Below, piece by piece: positions 48,962 to 62,608 of a stretch of 64,000 bases of DNA. How positions within the stretch are numbered: position 1 is the first letter of the stretch; each line of letters opens with the position of its first letter. The stretch comes from Selaginella moellendorffii (taxonomy: Eukaryota; Plantae; Lycopodiophyta). A model generated the notes under the pieces. The model worked only from the letters and a program-made list of their open reading frames with translations. It made no database searches and had not been told where the DNA came from. Where the stretch lies: assembly GCF_000143415.4 (NCBI RefSeq), contig NW_003314261.1, positions 1,874,117-1,938,116 of the forward strand. Reading direction: 5' to 3'. Both the position numbers and the translations under genes were made by a program.

Positions 48962-50701
48962 TAATAAAGTATAAATTTCTCATTATAGTAGTTCCATCAT
49001 GGTTGTGTATATTAGGTGGATTGATGACGTGGGCTATAATTTGCCATGTTATGCAGAAGCAATGGCACAAGCTCATATACAACAAGAGCCCACAGTTAGA
49101 GAGCATAATACTATACAAACTCCTCCTTTTGTGGATGTGGATGCTAAGGAAGACTAAGTTTAGTTTTTTTTTAGTCAAATTTTTTAGTGGTAATATAGAG
49201 TTTCTTCTTTGACTTATGATATTTATTTTTCTATTAGACTTATATTATTTAGCTTTTTCTTGGACTGAAAATATGTCTTAAGTTTTGAATAGAATTGTTG
49301 GTTCGTCTCGAATCAATCATTTAAACATCAACTTTTGTATTTAGTGGACTATATTGACTTTCATTGACTTTCATTGACTTGAGCTTAGCTCGTGAGCTCA
49401 GCTCAAAAACTACCCAGCCTCGACCAACTTGAGGCATAGTCTAGCTCCCACTTGCATGCTTGTCCTTGTTCTATGTCCAGCTTGGGTCTAAGCCCAAGCT
49501 CCACATCATGTTAGCTGATGGAGTACCCATGTCCTCGCATTAAGCCACCAGTATACTGAAATAGCACTAGACTCCGTTTAGCTCCGTTTTGCGTGTTGGT
49601 CCTAGCATTGGGATGCTAGATACTCTAAGACTATTCCAAGTCACTCTGTGCCCTTGTCCCTTCATTCCTTGGGCTGCATGCTTAAGACTTGCTCCGTGGT
49701 TCAGTTCCTTTGCTCCTTAGTGTAAGCAACTAAATTTTCCATTCTACTTTAGTCATTTAACCACACCTTTCACCACCTGGAGGGGTCTCACTCACAACCT
49801 CCGTAAGTCTTATTCTAGACTTAGGGACTTGCTAGCCCTAAGAATGGCATCCATGCCACTCAACCATTGCACTTGGTCCAAGTGCTCCATGTGTCCATTC
49901 CCATGACTGACACCCCCAAGGTACCACCGACATACCAGCCCGTGACACTAAGGCCCTACCCATTCACCTTAGTCACACTGGTGGTCTAACACCACCTGCA
50001 TCGCAGTCTCGTCTCTCAAAGACTGGGCCATCCATCTATGAGTGACCATCCTAGGTCCACTCCTTAGCATCTTTAAGATGCCCACAGACATGGGGAACAC
50101 CCTTCCCCAATATCCCTTTTATAGTCCCCACCAAGTCCCTTTTCTGTCCACGGCCGTCTTTGCCAACACTACCACTGGGACAAGGCCCACAGGCCCGACC
50201 ACTAAATCCCACTGTCCTTTGGGACTTTTTCACCACATGACTGCATCATTGGTCACTACACCAAAGGACCACTTCTCTTCCTTTCCATAGTCTGGGACTT
50301 TGGGACACCGTGGCTTTACGCGAGCCTCATAGGCACTCTCCCCACCTTCCACCTTTTGGTGCTCTAGCCATGGGCTTAGAGCGAGGTTCCATTGAGCCAC
50401 GCCATGTATCCAAGTAGGTAGTGCCACCCACACTTGGACTGGGAGCATCGGCCATTTGATCTCCCGGGGGAACTAGAGTTGGCTCTTGAATACTTCACCA
50501 AGCTACCCTGCTTGTCGGTACGTATTCACTCTAGCCTTGGACTTCCCAGTGGTTAACCCATCACCTAGGTATGGCCTTCCTAGGCCAAATTGGCCTTTCC
50601 TGGCCAAACTGGCTCCACTGGAGTCCTCCCCCTACTATACTTTTGGAGCTCACCAAACCCCCTAGGGTCTGGGAGACGAACGCTTTGCACTTTCACCCTC
50701 T

Positions 50702-51057
50702 CAGACTCGGACTCGGACTCGGACTTGGACTTAGACTCGGACTCGGGCTTGGGCTCAGTCTCGGCCTCGGCCTCGGTCTCGGTCTTGGTCTCAGTCTCGG
50801 TCCCGGTCTTAGTCTCGGTCCCGGTCCTGGTCTCGGTCTCGGTCTCGACTTCGGACTCCATCTCGGGTCCTTCTCGGACTCCATCTCGGGTCCATCTCAG
50901 ACTCCATCTCGGTCCATCTCGGGTCCATCTCAGACTCCATCTCGGTCCATCTCGGGTCCATCTCAGACTCCATCTCGGTCCATCTCGACTCCATCTCGGG
51001 TCCATCTTGGACTCCATCTCGGACTCCATCTTGGGTCCATCTCGGACTCCATCTCAG
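50702..51057. repeat. Low-complexity tandem repeats (CTCGGN hexamers; CCATCTCGGACT/GGGT 12-mers)
   Basis: Directly visible; produces spurious ORFs in several frames. Confidence 0.9.
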
Positions 51058-54000
51058 AGCTTTTAGTCCAAACGTGTTACGCTCATTTGGTTTCTGCTTC
51101 GGCCACTACCACATGGCACCCTTTCAGCTCCACGTTGGGGCTTAGGGATTTGTGTCTCACATTTAGCTTCATGCTTGGGAGTTTAGCACTGTTCCTTCAT
51201 TCAGTGGCTCAAGGCTCTAAACCTCAGGTTCCACACCACTTTTTTTAGACTTTTCCAATGGTTGATTTATTGATTATTTTGTTTGAAAACCATTTTGTTT
51301 TTATAAGCCAATACAAATTAGTGAAGTGGTTGGAGTTGACTTCAGTTGATTTAAACCTTAGTAGGTAGTTTTTTTGATGCGGCCCGAAAGGGATGCTAAC
51401 TTCTTGAGATTAAAGCAATTGAGTTAGATAAAATTTGGACTTGGTGTAGAAAAATGGCCATTACACTTTTCTAAGAAGGGTTACCCTTGTGCCTTTCTTT
51501 TATATTGTTATGCTTAGTGGCAGGTTGCATCTTGCATTTCATTATACTTTATGAGAGTAGTGAGCTCTCACTAATCTTAATTTAGTCTTGGTAGTCTTGT
51601 GCCTTGGCTAAGGAAGGTAATATCCAACTTAGTTGTTTGTGGTTGAGATGTTAGTACCCGTACTATATCTTTGTCTATGAGGAGGTTGTGTACCAATATG
51701 AGTCTATCTTATGGTCTACACTTTAGTTTTGACTGAGTGTTGATTGTGCATAGTTAGCCTCTTCAAGGCATGCTCAGAGCTATTGATTAGACGCATTAGT
51801 GAGTTTATTGCAGTTGAGTTGGATTCGAGTGGTCATTTAGTTCATACTTGTTCATGAACCAATATCTCATATCTAGGGTATTATGTTCATATTGGACGGG
51901 TGTATGACTCGATGACGTGAGTTTAGTGTTGGAGCAAATTGAAGAGTGATTGTTAGTTGCTTTATGACTAGTGATTACTTGTAAACTTTGTTGAGGGCTA
52001 TTTGACACTTGCTTCACTCGATGATGATTTAGCAGTGATAAGGTTGCTTTACTGGATGGTGTTGTGGAGGATCATGTCGTGGCTTGCATGGTTTTTTTCC
52101 ATATTGGCATGTCAACTCCTTTCTCGATATCATTTGGTTATATTTAATCTGTAGTGTTGAATTTCATTGAGTCTTAGATGTGGTGTTGATGATGTGTTAT
52201 CTAGAACTGAGTATTGTTGAAGGTTTAGTCTCAGATACTAAGTATAGTATCTTCGACTTAGGTTAGCTTAGTTGTTAAGGAGTTTTGGGTGGTGATTCAC
52301 TTTTGCTTTCTTTTAGCTTTGTTATGGTGTTGATAGCATTGAAGTGATACCTTGTCATTGACATTATTGTTATTGAGATTCAAGTGAGATGAGATGTCTC
52401 TCCTTATGATTGATATTGAGTTTCCTTAGTTTTAATGAAGATAGTGTTGATAATTTGGCTATAGCTTTATGTTGTTGGCATTCATGCATTTGTTAGTTAG
52501 CAACTACGTTTAAATGAACTGAGAGGCAAGTTTGAGTTAGTTGTGTTCTGGAAGAGATTGCTTAGTAGGGGTTGAGTTTTGAGCTTTTCCTTGAAAAATG
52601 ATTTAATCATGAACTATACTAGCTTTACAAAAGGAAGAGTTAGTGATTGATATTGGAATGTTTGAGTCTTTATTGAATTTGAGTTTGGGGTATATTGATC
52701 ATTGATAATTCTTCTTGTGTTTGTCATAAAGTGAGTTATGTCTTGCTATAGATGGATTCATGAAGGATTAATTAGATGATCACATGTTGAGCATAACTTC
52801 ATTGTGCTTAGCTTTTGGATTGATGTAAATGTGCTCTTCATTAGGTTTGCATTATGAAATTTAGGTTATGGATGTGTTAAGGAGGATATTAATGGTTATA
52901 CCATGATTTCTTCTTTAGCATTGAAGTTAGTTCATGCGAGACTTATGATCATTGTTAGACAAAATTTGGCTATAGGCTTCTTCAAGTTTTTGGTTCTTTG
53001 AGTTTTTTTTATGCTCATTATTTCATTTGCTAAGAGTTGTTCGGGAAGGCATTTTTGGTTCATTAGCTTTTATGTTAAAGTTAGTATTTGCATCTAGCAA
53101 TCATTGGTGATGATTAGCTATCATCTAGGATAGTTAATTGTTCTTATTAAAAGATTTGTTTGGTTGTTATTAATGCAGAATGATATGCCATTTTTCGAGA
53201 TGGTGGATTTTTTCTTCAATAATGATTATGTATCGCTCTTTTGATGGGAAGATTGATGATCTTTCGTGATAGTTAGTTATTCTTCTTGGTGGCTTATGGC
53301 TTTTTGCATTACCACATGTTCTTAGTGGTTACTCTGAATTGGTCTCTTGGGTTTGAAATATCGATAGGATGTTATTGACACTTGTTTGCGCAACTTTGGT
53401 TCCGTGTATTATTGATTACAATTTATTTAGATTGGCCAGTGCGATAGTTGGCATAAATGAGTGTTTGTTTGCTTCGCAACATTCATTCTATTCTGTTGAC
53501 TATTGTTATAGTTGCTTCTGATAGATTGGATGTTATTTCTTTTGGGCAATACATTCGCGAGCATTTTGCTTGTCAAGTTGATAATACTTTGTGATCTTTA
53601 GTTGTTTTTTATAAGTTGTTTAGCATGCTATCTAAAATCTTTGATAATTAAGTTTTATCATTGAGTTTTATTGATGATGCACTTGCTATTTATTTTTGTT
53701 AGATAGTAAATCCTATGTTTTCCAATCCTGCTGATCTTGGTGGTTCCTAATATATGCTAATATTGGTTTATCGGATGATAACTTACTTGAAATACTTTTT
53801 TATTATAATCTAAGATTTATTCACTGATAATTAAGTCTCTCAGATATTATTGTCTTTAACTTTGATATTGTCCATCTATTGATTTTTGAATTTGGGCAAG
53901 TATAGACAGACTGGCTTTGGCACTTCATGTGGATAGTGAAATCTCTAGTCATGAGGTAGCTACTGTAGACTGGTCACATCATCCACCTCTTTGTCAATGT

Positions 54001-55799
54001 TCCTTATTTCATTGAAAGGGCATGACTGTGTAAAAAACTCTAACTGTTTGTTTATAGTAGTCTATCTAAACCTTACCAATGGGTTTGGTTTCTTTGCTTA
54101 TGAGGGTTGGGGCCTTTGGCTTCTCTCTCTATGCCACCTGCAGGTAGGGGTATATCACACTTTTGTAAATTGGGTGACACCCAGAGCAGCAAGGGTGGCT
54201 AACTCTGTTGGTCATTTCCTTATAAGCAACGGTCGGAAGGTCGTGCATCCGCGTTAGACAAAGAGGTTACCTTTAACTCATTTAAGCTGGTGCATTTCTC
54301 ACATTGTGTGATTAGCGTGAACTTTTTCTGGAGTTGTTTCCTTAGTGGTGGTCTAGACTGGAGTATGCATCGACAAGGATGTCGATATTCCCTAAGGGGG
54401 CGAGAGTGTCGCAAATATGACTTCAGGTATTGAAAGTTACTTGTCGGTTAGTCCTTTCGGATATTCTTTCCTTACTGCCACGACGGCAGGAGGTCAGTAT
54501 TGCTGGTTCCCTTTATTAGCCCCTTTTGTTCAAGTGTTAGTAAACTAGGCTTAGCATCTGTACTTGGCCGGATGAGCATAAAGAAAGAATTCCTAAATGT
54601 TTATTTAGCTAAGCATTGCTCTGTCTTGCACTGGCTTAACAAGAACCCTCATGTATTGAGATTAATTCCTCAATATTGTTGGATGATAGCTTACTGTGTC
54701 TACCAAACACCCTCACTATCATGCCCTTTGTGTTAGTCTCATTCCGCTCCCAAATGCTATTTATGGAAAATGTCTAGATTTACTTATTTGGCATATTTAC
54801 GGAATGTAGAGATTGTCCTGAATACAATGGTGTTTATTTTGTGTCCAAATTCGCAATCTAAGGACATTCCATATTTAATAAGTTTCAAGCTTATCCTAGA
54901 GACTAACTCTTAGTACTAAGGGAGGCTTGGGGTGAAAGCCCAAAGTGTGTGTTCCTCAAAGGGGGGGTGGGGTGGGGGGGATATAGGGGGTTCCAAATGT
55001 ATAGTAAGGATAGTGGGTAGGTTGGGCATGGCTGACCAACCTAAAGTATAGTTTAGCTCCCGCTTGCGTGCCTGTCTTTGTTTTGTGTCCAGCTTGGGTC
55101 TGGAGTTCTTAAGTGACTTTTGCGTTAATCTTTTTCTTTTGGTGCTATTGAGACTTAGAGATGATTTCTACTTCATCATCACTCCCATCATTTTAGCTTT
55201 TAGATTTAGCTCGTCTTCGTTGGGCTTTGGTCATGACACAAATGCTAGATAGCTTTTCTGTATCTGACCATTTTACCTCAATGTGCCTAGTTGCAAGTTG
55301 CATATCCTTAGGAGGCCTATCATTTTGCTTGATGATTCAGTTTGATTTTATAGCTATAGCGTACATGGTTTTTACCCTTTATCCTATGGTGATTTACTAT
55401 AGGATAACACCACAAAGCGGAATCTAAACCCTCCATATGCCACATGTCACATGCCATGTGTCCATAGGATAGTCAAGGTTCAAGTCCTTAAGCCACTGAA
55501 TGAAGGAATGATGCCAAACTCTCAAGCATGAAGTTAAGGAACTGGACCACGAAGCAACTCTTAAGTGTACAACCCAAAGATCGAAGGGACAGGAGCACAT
55601 AGTGACTTGGAATAGTCATAGAGTATCCAACATCCTAATGCTAGGACTAGCACGCAAAACAGAGCCAAATGGAGCCAAATGGAGTCTATTGCTATTTCAG
55701 CATACTGGTGGTCTAATGCGAGGACATGGGTACTCCACTAGTTAGCATGGTGTGGAGCTTGGGCTTAGACCTAAGCCGAATGCAGAACAAAGACAAGCA

Positions 55800-58700
55800 T
55801 ATATTGTAATTGAGCTAGGGGATTATGATGATGAAGTTCCTATAACTGATATAAAGATTGGCAAAAATCTATTATCTGGAACTCTCATTGATGGTGGCTC
55901 AAACATAAATATTCTGGAAGAGAGTATTTGCAAAGAATTAAACCTAGATCAAATTCAACCAGCCCCATTTAACATACAAATAGCAGATGACCGAAATATT
56001 AAACCCATTAGAATTATTGAAAATGTCTTAACCAATATGGTTGGCATAGAGTACAAACTCAATTATGTTGTGCTTAAAATGGCATGATGAAATTCTACCT
56101 ATAAAACCCTACTAAAGAGACCTTGGCTAAAAATTGCTTGTATAAACCAAGATTAGAAGAATGATTTATTATGTATAGAGTAGGGCAACCAAAAAAGATC
56201 TATGCCCATTATTTCCACCATATAGTTGGAAATACAGTTGGAAAGGAAAAACTTATGATTAGGAGGAAGATTTAGATGATTTTCAAGAACAATAAATCTG
56301 TAAAAGCTTTCCTTAAAATTGAGTTAATTTTAAAAGTTGATCTTTATTCAATACTCAAATAAGTACCTAAGTAAGAAGCCCCTAGACCAAAGATCTATTT
56401 TGCTATAAGAGATTTCTCCCTATATGAGGATCCTACTTATAAAATTGATTAGTAGAGAAACTATGTTTTGCATATTTTATGTGATCAACGATTTGAGCAA
56501 ATCAATTTAGTAGATGAGAATAATCCTTATACTATCACAATTGCTTAAGGATTGCAAAATGAATTTCACAATCAAACCATAAATGTAATAAAAGACTACA
56601 AAAACATTTTTACTTAGTTTTACATAGATTTAAAAGGCATCCCGCTAAAACTCTATACACATTGTATTGAGATACTCTTAAGAAATATGCCTAAAAGACA
56701 GATGCCCTATAAAATGAATCCTAATTACCAAGGTAAAGTCAAGGAAGAAATCGATAAACTTCTCCAAGCAAAAATTATCTATCTAATCTATAATGCTCAA
56801 TAGCTTTCACCACTTGTAATTGTGCTTAAGAAAAATGCCAAATTACGAGTTTGTGTGAATTAGAAAAAGCTAAATGATGCAATAAAGAAGGATATATTCC
56901 CTATTCTTTTCCAGAGAAAAAATTTTAGATTCAGTCACAGATCATGAGATGTATTTATTTCTAGATGGATTTCCTAGCTATAACAAGGTGGAAGTAGCAC
57001 TTGAAAAGCAACACTATATAGCTTTTATAAACTCATAAAAAGTTTATGCCTATTGCAAAATGCCTTTTAGCCTATACAATGGTATTTTTACACTTCAAAA
57101 AGTTGTTATGGACACTTTCAGATAATGATTTTAGTGTCTTGAGCTTCAATAAGGAATATTCAATTTTCTTGCAAAAATATTTCTAAAAATGTAGAGAACA
57201 TAGCATTTCTTTTAATCTGGAGAAATGTACTTTCTTTATAAATTCATGTATACTTCTAGGTCATATTATATACAACGAAAGCATCCTTATAAACAAAGAC
57301 AAAACTCAAGTGATTAAGATAGTGTCTCCACCACATGACTTAAAATGTGTTTGTAACTTTTTAGGCAAAGTTGGATATCATAGGCAATTTTTAAAAATTT
57401 ATGCAAAGATTACCAAGCCATTTACTGATCTTTTAAAGAAAGATAATTCATTTATATAAAACAAAAATTATCAAAAAACATTTTTAAGGCTTAAATAATG
57501 CCTCAAAGAGGCACATATACTTATTAAGCCCGACTGGACAAAGGAGTTTCACCTATAAATGGATACTTTTGATATTGCCATAAGTGCAATATTATCCCAG
57601 ACATAAGGTGATAAAAAAGATCATTCTATCTACTATGCCAGTAGACACTTAAATCCTAAGCATAACTACACAACGACTGAGAAAGAAGCTTTATGCATAA
57701 TTTATGTTTTACAAAAATTTAGGCATTATCTTTTGGCAACAAAATTAATTGTCTTTACTGATCATAAGGCTCTTTTATATTCATCAACAAGCCAAGCATA
57801 TTTGCTTGACTAACTAAATGGTTTTTACTATTACAAGAATATAATCTTGAAATACTACAATGGAAAATTCCATGAACAAGTCAATTGCCTAATCTGCATC
57901 ATTATAATAAAGTCACATAATACTAAGGTAAATGAATTCCCAAATGCTTATTTATTTGCAATTTTCATACTTCAATTGAAAGATATACATATTTATCTCT
58001 CTATAGGCACCATTCCACCCCACTATAACTCACTAGAGAAAAAAAAAGTTGTTTATTTTGAGGACACGACCTTACTCTATCATGAGGGACCACCTGTATA
58101 AATTAGGCATCAATAAAGCACTAAGAAGATGTGTTAATAGGCAAGAAGAAAGAAATGAAATCCTAAAGGAAACTTACTCAGACCCATCAAAAAGCCATTT
58201 TATAAACAAAATCACTGTTAAGAAAGTTTTACAAATAAGGTTGTGATGGCCTATATTTTGGAAAGATACACCAATTTTTTGCAAAAATTGTGACATTTGC
58301 TAAAAGCATAAATTGCCACCTAAAAAGTAAATCTATGAACTAAATCTTACATATCTATATAAAGTATTTCATAAATAAGGATTAAATTTCCTATAGTGAC
58401 AAGTAATAAAAGGAAAAAATACATTTTAATCACCACTAATTATGTGACTAAATGAGGAGAAGCTATGCCTATGAAACAGGCCTCAGCCACTAACACTCCA
58501 AAATCCTTTATGAAAATATTATTGTAAGATTTGGTTTACATAAGGAGATAATCACAGATAAAAGCACCCATTTCATCAATGAACCAATAGAAATTCTTAT
58601 ACAAGAATTCATCCTTAGGCACAAAAAGTCCATGTCATATTACCCACAAGGGAAAAGTCAAGTTTAATTCACTAACAAAGTGCATAAAAATATCTTTAAA

Positions 58701-59290
58701 AAAATTGTAAAGGATAATTAAAAAGATTGGGATGAGAAAATCCTAAATGTTTTGTGGGCTTATCCATAGACATGACACCATTTCATCTTAAATATGGCCA
58801 GGAAGCTTTAACACTTATGGAGTTTATAATTTCCTCTTTGTGTATTACAATTAAAAATGGCTTCAATGAAAAATAAACTTTTAATTAAAGACTTGCTAAA
58901 ATAGAAAACTATGAGCTTAAGATTAGAGCAATCTAAATCTTGCATGCAATTCATAAAGCCAGAAAGACTAGGCATGACAAAAAATTGAAAATCTTTTACA
59001 AACTTAAGTTAAAAGATAAAGTCCTTTGGTATCAAGGCAAAATAAATGCTTTTGGAAACAAATTCAAGAGAAAATGGAATATTCTATTTATTTTGTTTAA
59101 AATATCAGTTCTAGGAATGGCTGTAATGCACACCTTAAATTGGGACGATATTACAATAGTAAATTTAAACCATTACCATGAAAACATAAACATAAATATT
59201 ATCTCTATCTTAGGGTACAAAACTATGGATAAACTCATAGATAAAGCCTTCATAGAGATTCATTATGATGAGCTACTTAAGCGCACAAAT
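55800..59290 (+). pseudogene. pol: Decayed pol (PR-RT-RH-IN) of the host Athila/Tat-like Gypsy element
   Basis: IDGGSNIN protease, PYKMNP..VKEEIDKLL, FLDGF RT, PDWTKEFH..ILSQ..NYTTTEKEAL RNase H and integrase remnants; many stops. Confidence 0.85.
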
Positions 59291-60408
59291 AGAGTGGCCA
59301 ACTAGATGAAGGATAGGAGTCTAGAAAAATTTTACAAAGTGAGATTGGTTTTTAAAATTATGGGATTTTGTAAAACTAGTTTTTAAAATGGATGGAGGGG
59401 ATATTAACATCACTTAGGATCTTATTTCCAAGCTTTTCTATTTCCCCATAGAGCTAAATAAGTGGAATTGGATAGAAAGAATAATCTTTCCTAATAAGCT
59501 CACACAAGGATTTATTCATTTAGAACAAAAGGAAATATATGTCCCATAGGAAAGATTTGTTTTTATGCTAAAGAAACCCTTATATATCTGAGTGCTTTCT
59601 TTGACGGAGAAATTCCAAAGAAAAAAACCAAGAGATACATTGAATAGATATTTCTTTCTCTAGAGTAGGCCTTCCTTCAAAATCTTATTAGTATGGCCTA
59701 TAAAAAAAAATTCTAGGCAAGCAAGACTTAGAAGAAAGAAAAAGGAAAGGGTGGATACTCTAAGAGTAATGTTTACATTTTTCTTCCCCATTCTATAAAC
59801 TTTGCCAACAAAGCATGAAGATTAATGAGCAGAGATTACTATGCCAATAAGGAAAAAAATCCTTTCCACAATACGTTTGTATACTAAAGAAAAAAAAGGC
59901 AAGACGACAAAGTTTAAAGCTAACATAGTAAGGTAAGGCAACTTAGGTAATTTGGAGGTAGTTAAGGAACTTCTTTTTCTGTCTTGCTCTTTCTCTCTCA
60001 CTCACTCTATGCCTATGCCTTTGCCAAGATGCACTGACACTCTAGGCTTAGCTCCGAAGCAATGTATAGTAGCTCAAATGCCACCTAGGGCCATGCAAAA
60101 AACAAACTCTATCGTTGCCACTTACTGAGTTGAGTGCACTCTTGATTGGGCAAAATGATTTTGTCCTCATACCACTACCAAAAGCTATCAACTCCACACT
60201 TGAAACACTATTGATGCAAGATCTCCCTTGGGCACCTCCATTGGCACCACATTACATCTCCTAGTGTGAGCGTGAGGTTGTTGTACAGAATTAAACACCC
60301 ACCAGCGTCATAGTCCCCCAAGTTCTTGCTTCCGTACAACGTCTTAAAGAGTGGTGTGCAACTCTGTGGAGTTAAATTATGGCTAAGCAAAGCTGTTTAA
60401 GGAGTTTG

Positions 60409-62608
60409 TGTCAGGAATCCCCCAATTCTTGCCACATTCCTGACTCTCACCGGATTCCTGACCTGCAGACCACATTCCTGACTCTCAAAACACTTCCCTA
60501 TTCCTGACTCTCGAGACACTTCCCTATTCCTGACTCTCGAGACACTTCCCTATTCCTGACTCTCTGATTTCCTGTACGATTCTTGAGTCTCGAGCCAGAT
60601 TCCTGATGATGATGTGGCACCTCCTCGACCTCAGCTATATTTAGGCCGTCCTTGATCTAAGAGTGGTGGAGCTTCATCAACCTATAATATATATAGGTTA
60701 GCCTTGTTTCATTTCTCCACAATCTGAATCAACACCAGTCTAAGGCCTTTTCTTTGTTTCCACTAGCTTTTCTCTTTGTGTTTTGCATTTTCCAGTCCTG
60801 ATCTTGTTGGGGGTCTTGACAGTTTGATTCAGATTGTGTTTTTTCGTTTTTTGCTTTAGCTCGTTTTGATTGTTTGACTACCTTTGCCTTTTTTCCCCTT
60901 TTTCTTTCTTCTTGTCGATGGAGTCTCCAAGCCATCCTGATTTCTTTGCCGAAGTTCTTGCAAAAATCTAGTCTGAGAATACCGAGCTGAAGGCGACCCT
61001 TCTTCGCATGCAGCAGGAGCTTGCTTCACTTTCGGCTCAAGGATCCAGCAAAGTTCCTGAACCGAAGGTGAGTTTCCCGGTGAAATTTTCAGGCAAGCGT
61101 TCGGAGCTTTGCGGATTCCTGAACCAAATGGAGCTGATTTTCGCACTTCAACATCGGCGATACCCCACTCCCGAGTCTCAAATCAGCACGATTGGGACGT
61201 TGCTGGAAGGTGCAACTTTGTCATGGTTTTCTCCTCTTCTGGAGAAGAGCATGAAAGGGGTCGTGGTTCTAGAGCTGATGGATCTTCAATTGTTCAAAGA
61301 CAAGCTCGAAGCATGTTTTGGCGAGACGGATCGGGTTCGGGCTGCTACCACAAAGATGAGACATCTCTCTCAGGGGTCTCGTCCCGCCTCGATCTACGCT
61401 GCAGAGTTCCAACTCCTTGCCTTGGACACTCAGTGGGATGAGCGGGCCCTGATTGACCAATTTTGTTTCGGCCTCAACAATGGTGTTAAGGATTTGTTGC
61501 TCACCATGGAGGATCCCAAGGACCTGTCGGACACCATCAACAAAGCTGTTCGATGTGACAACCGTCTCTTTGAACGTCGTCAGGAAAGTCGCCGCACCGC
61601 TGTTTTTCTGTCCCAGACTCAGGAATCCCAGCTTGAGTCTTCGGGGCATACTCCTGAACCTACTGCTCCAGTTCCGATGGATATTTTTGGTACTCCCTGA
61701 CTCATTAGAGGGAAGTTGAGTCCTACTGAAAAGCAACGTCGAATATCTCATAATCTTTGCCTCTACTGTGCTGATCCTAATCACAAAGTAGCTGTATGTC
61801 CCAAGAAGCCTCCCCAATTGCTCGACTTCACTCTGCCTCAAAGTCCACCTCTGTTGCAGTTGGGAAACGACCCTGTCCAAACAGAGTAGGAGCTGTCTAT
61901 TTGGACTTCCCGAATAAAAATCACTTTTCTTCTTTATCAAGCTCCTCACCACCTTTCATCAAAGCCAACACCAATTCCCGCAACTTCCGCGTCCCATGTC
62001 TCCTTTCTTTCACCAGACAATTAGGACTCAATTAGGACTTTGCTGCCCAACATCACGTTCCTCTTTCTCCTACCATATGGGATTTGAGGGTTGAAGGCAT
62101 TGGTGGGCATTTTGTGTCTCCATCTTCTGGACTTAGGGAAACGTTGCCCGTTTGAGTACATATCGGGTCCACCGTCACCGATATTGCCTTCAACATCATC
62201 AATAGCAAGTCCTCCTCTGTGGTGCTCGGTCTTCCTTGGTTCTAACTACATCAACCTCAGATCAGTTGGAAGGAATTACAGCTCCTCTCTCCCACATCAC
62301 CATCTCCCACGGCTTCCCCTACTGTTCATCGAGTCTGAATCAGGAAAAGTTGCCTAAACTCATATCAGGGTTCTGTTCCTGACTCTACGAAGTTTTCACC
62401 CTCTTCTTTTTCCTCTCTTCCATCTTATACTGGACAATATCCTCGTCTCATCATTCCATTTAGTCATATGCCTTCTCCTATCTCCACAATCACTATGAAA
62501 GAACTCATTCATGAAGAACCTCTTTTCCTTTTTGCTTTGCATGTTTCTCCTGTCAGTCTTCCTGAGAAGTATCATGATTTTGGGGATGTGTTTGACAAGA
62601 AAAAAGCT
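60409..62608 (+). mobile_element. Chromovirus copy B, 5' half (5' LTR 60409-60821, PBS 60824-60838, gag 60918-61889, partial protease)
   Basis: Near-identical to copy A 8343-6150; 413-bp LTR, the same length as 11302-11714; GTTTG flank at 60404-60408; homology stops at 62608. Confidence 0.95.

Larger units (their letters stand above)
42670..49421. mobile_element. 6.75-kb TIR DNA element with 8-bp TSD, carrying SWIM and ParB-MTase-like genes (no DDE transposase seen)
   Basis: TIR GAG(C/G)CTGGGTAG(G/T)TTTTGAGCT with GAGCTCA subterminal repeats; perfect TSD GACCAACT at 42662-42669 and 49422-49429; the empty site is visible in the sister LTR near 55025-55060. Confidence 0.88.
42038..55800 (+). 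mobile_element. Nested non-autonomous/decayed LTR element inside the host Gypsy (5' LTR 42038-49947, interrupted; 3' LTR from 54407, rearranged)
   Basis: TGTCGCGAATGTG at 42038 and TGTCGCAAATATG at 54407 start ~630 bp of homology. PPT AAGGGGGCGAGAG at 54394-54406. About 55500-55800 is an inverted copy of about 49456-49720. Confidence 0.7.

Noticed and set aside
50571-51248. ORFs with LG/SD/PR/ET dipeptide repeats
   Set aside because: Artefacts of hexamer and 12-mer tandem repeats that are open in several frames.
11297-60408. Three independent chromovirus insertions at CAAAC
   Set aside because: The pieces at 11302-14686 and 60409-62608 are halves of one element, so there are only two independent events.
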